Made by a program: the position numbers and the translations under genes. Positions 35,694 to 44,598 of a stretch of 44,598 nt of DNA are shown here, piece after piece (the stretch's first letter is position 1; each line of letters begins with the position of its first letter). Below the pieces are notes generated by a model. That model searched no databases. It was not told the origin of the DNA and worked only from the letters and a program-made list of their open reading frames with translations. The stretch comes from Intoshia linei (lineage: Eukaryota; Animalia; Orthonectida): assembly GCA_001642005.1 (NCBI GenBank), contig LWCA01000170.1:1-44598 (forward strand), read 5' to 3'.

Positions 35694-37225
35694 TCTTTAC
35701 TTATATAAAGTAATTTAGTTAAAAGTGGATATCTGTTTGTTTATTGGTCTGTGTGTTACAGTTTATTTAAAAAAGTAAGAAAAGTTGAGTTTTAAAAAAT
35801 TCAAAATTCCATATTTCCATTACTGTTTTTCGAAAATTTTATTTTCAGAATTGAGAACTTCAAAGTCAAAAACCCCAATTGTCGTTTTTTTAAATTCAAA
35901 CCAGTCCTAGGATTATAAAAAATACACAATTTGATAAAAATATTAAATTTATCTACATTATGATAATTTTCAATTTCAAAACCATATATCTTGACGGCCA
36001 AAACCACAAACCACCTTTTTTTGCAAAAATAAAAAAAGTCCTAGATTTTTATACAACATAAATTATGGGATAGTTTTTAAAATCATAAGCATTATGATAA
36101 ATGGCAACATTAAAAAAGTTCATTTTCACGATCAAAATCCCACATTACCCTTTTTTTAAATTAAAACAACTCTAGAATTTTTAAAAAATTTACAGATGAT
36201 ACAGTTATATCCAGTTAACACACACAAAAAATTTCAATCTGACAAAGTGACGCCTTCATGGTAAAAAAGCACTTTACAGTTCTTCTTTTTTTTAATTGGA
36301 AACTATTTTAGAAAACCAAAAAATTAGTATAAAATAAATATATAAAAATGAGTGTTTGAGAATTAAAAATTGCGTAGGATTGAAAAAAATTCCGAAAGAA
36401 TGAATTATATAGATTTTCACCCATATTTCATTATTGGAAAGGTGTAGACGTACAATGTAAATTTTTTTGAAATTGTAGGATTAATATTTACATTTTCAAT
36501 TTTTATTTTACATTATTGTTAATCGAAATATTTGAAAAATATTGGTTGGTAATGTATTAAAAATTATTTTTCACCGGGAATGCGTAGATTTCTGGGATTG
36601 AAATTTTGTATTTATATCAACTGGAATAAGCTGAATCAGAATAATCTTTTTTTTAATTGTAGGACTATTAATTATTTCAAATGTTTTATTTTAATAAAAT
36701 AGTTTCGAAATAAAAAAAAATGAATATTAAAGTGCTTTTTAAACTTTGAAGGATTAATTTTATCAGATTGTAATTTTTTTTAAAATTCCAGGGCTGTTTT
36801 CATTTTAAAAAAAAAGGGTAATCTGGGTTTTGACTTTGAAAATTATCTTTTTTGAAGTTGCCATTTATGATAATGATTATCAATTTAAAAACCATCTTTG
36901 AATTTATGTTGTATAAAATTCTAGGACTTTTTTAATTTTTACAAAAAAGGGTAATTTTGGGTTTTAACCGTGAAGATATAAGATTTTGAAATTGAAAATA
37001 ATCATAATTTTAATAATATTGATGAATTTAAAACTTTTTATTAGAATGTGTATTTTTTATAATTATATAACGGCTTTGCATTTAAAAACAAAGGGTAATT
37101 TTGGATTTTTAACCTTGAAGGACTCAATTTCTGAAATTTAAATTGGCGATTAAACATCACTCTCGGAAAACTGTTATAAAAATATGGAATTTGTAAGACT
37201 CGACTGCTATTACTTTCTTAACCGT
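35694..37225. mobile_element. Fold-back (long inverted arms) Helitron-like family element
   Basis: Left arm begins A|TCTTTACTTATATAA. About 35760-36320 is the degenerate reverse complement of about 36680-37220. Confidence 0.7.
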
Positions 37226-39740
37226 TTGAGGAATGCATTACACATATACGTGTAAATTTAATATTATGAAATTGATCCATTCCACCATTTTATAAAGGGT
37301 TTTTTACTTTCAATTTTATTTTTTGATATATTATATTTTATTGTGTCAATTCCTCAAAGTTGTAATATGAAATAATGCAATAAGTAAATTTCAAGTTTTA
37401 CGTATATACGTATTCATAAAATCAGTAAATTTCAGCCGATACGTATATAGATGGATTCAAAATATCATAAAATTTTAATCGATACGTACATAAATGTATT
37501 CAAAATTTTTTCCAATAATTTATATGAATAATAAGACCAAAATACGAAAAGGTTTATTTTTAAACATACGATAATGGATCAAAAATATTATGATAATTTC
37601 GCCAAACAACTAAATAATTATATATAAGTAAGGAATCCTTACTAAGGAGTAAGGTAAAGCCGCACATATCATAATCAAAGGAGTCAGAAAATCACGAGTA
37701 AGTGCTTACAAAATTTATTAAACGATTTGTAATATCATATAACCATTAGCCCCTCTTGATGGGCCTGAATTTGACATTTTAAATTTGATATAATAGTTAT
37801 GATATTAAAAAATATTATTTTTTTATAGATGGTCAATTTTAAAAATTTGGAAAAATAATGACAGATTTTATCCATACAAAATACAAAAAAGTCGTCGTTG
37901 TTAATTTTATTTTTACCTTCTTCGATCTTTAAAAAGTATGATATACTTTTTTTAGCATTTTTTTACACATGTATTATGGATATTATAAAAGTTTTTATTA
38001 TTTAAACATTAATTACTCCTAAATACAAATGAATGACCGACTTTTTGAGAAAATTTTTAGGACACACCACTGTTAATAGTCTATTATAATGAAAAAAATT
38101 ATTTTTTGAATTGTTACGAAACCAAGCTTTATCCGTACAATTATTAATTAATATTGAATAATTGCGTTTATATGTCAAATATAATTTCAAAAAATAAAAT
38201 TTAGTGCTAACATTTATGGTTAAAAATTTGGTCTACATTTTACAACATGTGAAAAAAATTGGGGAACGTTTTTTTTAAAAATAAAATTTAACAGATAATT
38301 TATAGTAATTTTATTTATTGTGTCATTATTTTATTAATGCCTGTAGTAAAATAAATAATTAAGATTTAAACAATAAATAAGATTATTTTTTGTTAAAAAT
38401 ATTTAAATTGATATCTGCTTACATATGTAAATTGTTACTTGTGGACGAAATGTCGTCTTCTAGAGTCTAGACAGAAAACGGTGATTATTTGTTAAATATA
38501 AACCCCTACTGTGGAATACACTATTATTTAAAAACAATAATGATAAAGCTTACTGTTAAAGTTTTCTTTATGTCCTAACTGGGATTGAATATTGTTGTGA
38601 ATGGTACAAGAAATACGCCGTGTAGCACGAATAATAAATTGCATATTCAAAAAATAAATAAAAATTAAATTTTGAACGTCATAATTGATTAATATATCCA
38701 CGTAAAGTTAAAATTGCTATTTGGTGTGAGAAATCAATATTCATATTCTGAGTGATACTTAAACGATCAATTTATAAAACTACAATTAAATTTAATTGAT
38801 CCAATGGGAAAATAATATATAATATCATAAAACTTAGAATAAATGTAAACAGTTGTAAATATAAATAATAATAAAATTACATAAAGAAAATTTAGGAAAT
38901 GGCATTGATGAAAAATGAAAATAAAAAATATTAATCGATATAAATAAATCATATTTTAATTAAAATGCAAATTACCCACTTTTTGTACTACATGAGAGGC
39001 AAACGCCATTTTCTTAAAATTTAAATTTTAATGAAATACTATTTATTAATACATCGACACAGTTTTTAGCACAAATTATTAAAACATGACTACTCTAACT
39101 CACGCATATAAATGCTACATTTTAATATAATTTGTATTTGATCAATGCTCAACATTTGTTTGCACATGTTGATATAAAATGTTCACTTACTCATTTGTAT
39201 GCGTTACACCATTAATCCAGTGACTGATAACCTCTATTAAGTAGATTTAATCAACGCACCTATATTAGTATTTTATATACATTTTATGAATTATGGTCAT
39301 GCGTCAGATTATTCATTTTTTATTTTTATCGATTATTTTAATTAAAATAATGAAATTTCCCAATTATATTACTATTTCTACATGTAAATTTCAAATTTCG
39401 ACAAAATTCAATGTATTACTTTATTTTGTTCGCATTCATTTACACATTTAGTATTCATCATAAAATACTTAACATCAGTGCGCATTTACCAATACAATTT
39501 TAGAAAAATCATAAAGATAAACATTGATATTTTTTCCCGTTAATATTTAAATACATGTATTATTAAATTATTTGATAATATAAAACATTTTAATATGATA
39601 GTAAGTAATTTAACACAATGTAAAAATTTACTTAAGTATCTTTATTAAATGCATGATAATATCAGACGAAAATTTTTAAAAATTTTATAAGATGATTATA
39701 AAAAATACTCTCTATCCATTACTTTACTGAGTAAAGTTTA

Positions 39741-40497
39741 CAGATGGGTGCATAACCTGCGGCCGTACGGCTGCATGCGACCTGAGAGCGTTTATTTGTG
39801 GCCTTGGGTAATCCGTGTCATCATAATAAAATATATCATTTTACTTCAAATTGAAAAATTTAAATCAGATTTTATTTAAGGACTATTCAATTTTATTCAA
39901 TATTTGTATCAAAAAGTTACATTTTTGACTTTTCCACTTTCTCAAAATGGATTTAAACTTTCTCAGTGTCAAAGTAAATTTTGTGCGGCCGTAGTATCAG
40001 AGCCGTTTTAATACATGGGCAATATGGGCCGTAGCCCAGGGCCACTCATTAAAAAAGGCCACCAAATTAATAAAAGTAATTTACAATTATATCTTAAAAA
40101 AAGGCCCCCAATTTATTGAAAAATACTTCACATTTATATCTTAAGAAACAGTTTATAAGTTTTGAAGTATGGGAATTCAAATAGTTTAAAGAATCAAAGT
40201 TTTGGTAAATATTCAATTTAAAATATATTTTACAATGTTCATCATATAATATTGACATAAAAACTGTTTAAAATGATAATATTAAACATTAAAACCTCTC
40301 TATTAAGTAAATATTTAAAAAAGAAAGTAGGAATTCTTTGATTTTTCTCTGATCTTTGATTAATTTTCTAAAAAGGGGCCCTAAAATTTTTTTATCGCTT
40401 CGCTCAGGGCCACGAAGTGGCTTAAGACTGATCTGTGTAGTATCAATAATTAAAGTAGTTTTGCGCCTGAATTGTGAAAAAATTGAGCACTATGGTT
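39741..40497 (+). mobile_element. Degenerate Charlie-like hAT MITE, host of the nested MITE
   Basis: Left end GGGTGCATAACCTGCGGCCGTACGGCTGCATGCGACC and right end AAAAAATTGAGCACTATG resemble Charlie-group MITE ends. Confidence 0.45.
39998..40435 (-). mobile_element. hAT-type MITE, second copy of 2229-2730
   Basis: High reverse-complement similarity to 2229-2730 with an internal deletion. 8-bp TSD CGTAGTAT/TGTAGTAT. Confidence 0.85.
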
Positions 40498-40556
40498 TAA
40501 ATCATGATCATATCAAATTAAAACATGATTACATGTACATCAATACATTTCAACAT

Positions 40557-40990
40557 TCCAACTTATATAAAAATCTTTGTATGTGTGCCTGTTTGTCTGT
40601 CTGTTTGTGTTGTCGTTTATATCAATAGCTAAGAGTCTTAGAATAAGTATAAGAAGTATAATGTTTTAAATGGCTCATTTCTGTTACACTTTTAACCGGG
40701 TGTAAAAGTAAGATAAATTTCAATCTCAGAAACTCACATTTACCGGTCAAAAACTCCAATTATTTTTTTTTGAAAATCAAATGAGTTCTAAAATTTAAAA
40801 AAATATACATTCTGATACAGATTTAAAAATCATAAATTTAAATTTTATAAGAATATATTTAAAAATCTTCCGGATCAAAAACTCAAATTACGCTTTTTTA
40901 AAAAAATCAAATAAGTTCTAGTTTTTAAAAGAAAATTACAGTTTATACAGTTATCTATATCTTATTATGTACTTTATTTTCAAAAAACGT
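40557..40990 (+). mobile_element. Helitron-like 5' fragment
   Basis: TCCAACTTATATAAAAATC followed by the (TGTC/TGTT)n microsatellite and the family body. Confidence 0.6.
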
Positions 40991-41145
40991 TTAAATAAAC
41001 GTTCTAAATTAGGAAAAATTATTTTTTTCCAGATTTTAAAAAGGGTTTTTAGAGAGTTTTTAATCATATTTTCAAGGGGTTTTTTTGGGAAACTTCAGAT
41101 ATGATAATTACATTTAAAAAACGATGTAATTAAAAAATATAACAC

Positions 41146-42460
41146 CCTTTACTTATATAAAAATTAATGTCTCTGTGCCTGTCTGTGTTCTGTTTGTTAC
41201 CGTTTATTTAAAAAATTGACAGTCGTGAATTTTTAAAAAAACTCAATTTCTAATACAGTTTTTTTCTATTTTTCAGTTTCAGAATTTAATTAAATTATGT
41301 CCTTCAGCGTCATAAATCCAAAATCAATAATTCCCTTTTGTAAACAATTTTTCTAAAAAAATCAGCACAAAAATTTAATAAAACATAAATTTTGGGACGC
41401 GTTTTAAATTAATTAACATTGTCGTAAATATCAGCCTGAGAAACGCATATCTTCATGGTCTAAACCCAGATTACCTTTTTTTTATAATTTGAAAATAATT
41501 AATTGTAGTTTTAGAATTAAAAAAAAGTTACAACTGATACATATTTATACAGTAAACACACAAAAATTTTCAATTTGACAAAGCAACGTCTTCACGGTCA
41601 AAAAAAAACTTTAATATTCATTTCTGTTTATTTCAAAACTATTTTATTAAAGCAAAAAATTTGAAATAATTAACGGTCGTACAGTTAAAAAAAGAGATTA
41701 TTTTAATACTGTTTATTTCATTTGATATAATTACAAAATTTTAATCCGAGAAATCTACGCATTCCCGGTGAAAACTAATTTTTAATATATTATCAACCTA
41801 TATTTGTCAAATTAAAAATTAAAAAGTAAATATTCATCGTACAATTTCAAAAAAAATGTGCATTGAACTTCTACACATTTCCAATAAAGAAATATCGGTG
41901 AAAATCTATATAATTGATTCATTCTGATTTATTTTCATTACTACGCAATTTTTCATTCTGACTTTGGAAATCTTAAATTTTTAGTTTCAAAAAAGTTAAA
42001 TCAACAACAAAGTACTATAAAGTACAACTATAATTTTATTACAATGTTTTGCAATTATGGTAAAATTCATCTAAAATATTCAAATTTTACAATTTCTCAC
42101 AATTTATGTTGTATAAAATTCTAAGACTTTTTTCAAATTATTAAAAATAGTAATTTAGAGTTGTGCTCGTAAAGATATAATATTAGAAATTAAAATTTAT
42201 TATAATGTTGATGATTTTAAAATCTTTATCAGATTTTGTAATTATACTTCTAGGACACGTTTGATTTAAAAAAAGGATAATTGGAGTTTTTGACTTTGAA
42301 CGATTCAATTTCTGAAAATGAAATTTGCGATAAAACATCACACTCAAAAAACTGTAATGGAAAGATGAAGTTTTAAAACTCGACTCCTCTTACTTTCTTA
42401 AATAATCAAATTAATAAATATATAAATAAACAGAATTATATTTTTAGCTCTATATAAATC
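41146..42460. mobile_element. Fold-back Helitron-like family element
   Basis: Left arm CCTTTACTTATATAAAAATTAATGTCTCTGTG...; the right part (about 42090-42440) is an opposite-strand 5' arm homologous to 36890-37220. Confidence 0.6.
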
Positions 42461-44496
42461 ATTATAATTGAGTTTCTATTACATATATGTATTTTATATA
42501 TATAGATAAGTATAAATTGAAAACCTTTTATATTAATAGTTTCTTGGTTTGATGATAGCTGTTTGGACAAATAACTATAACTTACACCCATCAAAGGATT
42601 GATTTACAAGAGGTCATATTTAATATTGACAAAATATAGTGTATTACCATTAAATGTAATAGGGATTACATTTTTTGTAAATCAATAACCATACTGGAAA
42701 TATTACTTTTACTCGAAACAAACAGTTTGGATAATTTCATAAAGCTGGTGAACATTTGAAACTTTTGATTGATATTTTTTAATGTGCAAGTTTTTATTTT
42801 TATTGGCTAATACAGATTATTTGTTTATAATTATTTTTAGACAGTTAATCGTCTCACTCATTACATTCAAATTTGGTCGACATTTTTAATTTTTTTGCAT
42901 ATTATTGTATTTTTAATTTATAAACAATTTTATTTGCATATCAAAGTGACAAATCCATTGATTAAAATTGTTTATATGTTTATAAATAACTCATGCAATA
43001 TGATAACACTTTATGAGAAATCAATGTTGTATTAGATATATCGTATATTTGACTATTCATGTTTTACCAGAGAATTTTTATTCGCTATTGAAAGTTTTTA
43101 AAGGTCGTTAAATACCATTATTCATTGTTTTTATAATTTATAGTTTAATTATATATAAATTAAAATCGAATTCAACAATAAATATCAAAATCTAAAGTAT
43201 TTTTAACTACATTTATTGCTAGTATAGTGGTTGATATAAACCTCTTTTCTAAAAAGTGCCATTAACATATACATTAGCGAATATTGTGCAATATAAGTCA
43301 GTGCTGGTAAAATATATGTGTTTTGTGATAAAATAAGCACTTGACGTATTTTTTTAACACAATTGGAAAAATATAAACTTTAAAAACTAAATTTCATAAT
43401 AAACAAAACCATTTAAAAAATGAATTCCCTTAGAAAACAAGGTCTACTTGTTTAATTCCATTGAAAAATTTGCTAATAAATGATTTTTTGTCATAATATT
43501 AAACAAATTAGTTTCAATTGTAGGGCTGATTAACATTTTTTTATTATAAAACACACCGAATTTGATTTGGTTTTCATCACTAAGTGATTTAACCTTTCAA
43601 ATGTCATATTTTATAAAATCTCTGATAGTTAAATTAATTAATGAAATATAACCGTGGAATACCGGTTCGACCGAATTTTATAAAAATACCTCAAAAAATT
43701 GATGATAGAAAAAACTAATACTATCACGTTAATCAGCGCATTAAATTGGTACTCTGGTTATATTTTTCATGTCTGATAAAAATAAAAAGCTTTGATTCGC
43801 ATAGCAGTGTAATTATTCTGTAACTTAATTGTAAAAAAAACTATTTATTTGAAGACTCATAAAATAATAAAGTTGGTGAAAAATATATCAAAATAATTTA
43901 ATTAAAATTTTTAGATTGATAATATTATACATTTAATAAAAGTACAAATGTCTACAGCAACATAATTATAATTGATATTAAATCAAGTTATGCTTTTCTA
44001 ATAAAGCCAATCTATTGTTTGGTAAAGTATCGTACAATTTTATATTTTGTTCTGTAAATTTTTCAAAATGTAGTAAATGAGTAGTCCAAATCTAAAAAAT
44101 GTATAAATAAAAGTTATACTATAATACAATGCTACAATACATTAATATAATACTATACTATAATACAATACATTACTATCCTTTAAGTCAGTGATTACCG
44201 ATTCAAATAGTGTATGGAAGATACGTACTACGGATCCTCATTTCAAAATATTAATTTTTTTGAACCGCAAAGGAAACACGAAATATAAAACTTTAATAAA
44301 AAAATGGAAGGTTTTTTCTCATAAGATTTGGTAAAATCGTTTTTTTCAAAAAAATATTAGAAAAAGGGATTTTCCATTAAGGGTTGGTAAAATTAAATTA
44401 GGAAGTTAATACTCAAAAAATTTGGTAAAATCGGATTTTTCAAAAAAATATTAAAAAAACGCAAAAAATTTAATGCATAATCAAAATATATGTTAA

Positions 44497-44598
44497 CTAG
44501 CTTTACTGTTATGTACTTCGTACAAACAGCACCTAACTCTGCCAAGGGCACATTTTTATTATACCAAAAAAATAAATTCATGTTAAAAATCTAACTTA
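44497..44598 (-). mobile_element. Helitron-like 3' terminus (continues beyond window)
   Basis: ACTAGCTTTACTGTTATGTACTTCGTACAAACAGCACCTAACTCTGCC, the same terminus as at 5912 and 25786. Confidence 0.75.

Noticed and set aside
42460-44190. Possible hidden gene or ncRNA in unique AT-rich sequence
   Set aside because: No convincing exon chain, tRNA, rRNA or snRNA pattern recognised by eye; needs RNA-seq or Infernal.

Overview
Very AT-rich eukaryotic (metazoan) genomic DNA with GT-AG introns. Many introns are only 33-37 nt; the longer ones are inflated by transposon relics. This pattern plus strongly divergent bilaterian proteins suggests a compact parasite genome such as the orthonectid Intoshia (inference, not proven). 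Splicing the exons by hand gives seven genes: an orexin/allatotropin-type GPCR (-), NRF1/erect wing (+), nucleoporin TPR/Megator (-), a goosecoid-like eh1 + K50 homeobox gene (+), Tollip (-), tubulin cofactor E (+) and a KChIP-type neuronal calcium sensor (-) with several candidate alternative first exons. The homeobox gene is absent from the ORF track and Tollip appears there only as a fragment. Non-coding DNA is dominated by a non-autonomous Helitron-like family (A|TC...hairpin-CTAG|T), several copies of which form long fold-back palindromes. There are also two decayed DD37E (TRT-type) Tc1 elements, each nested in a Helitron-like copy inside a Tollip intron, plus hAT MITEs with 8-bp TSDs. 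No prokaryotic-type system, CRISPR array or RNA gene was recognised.
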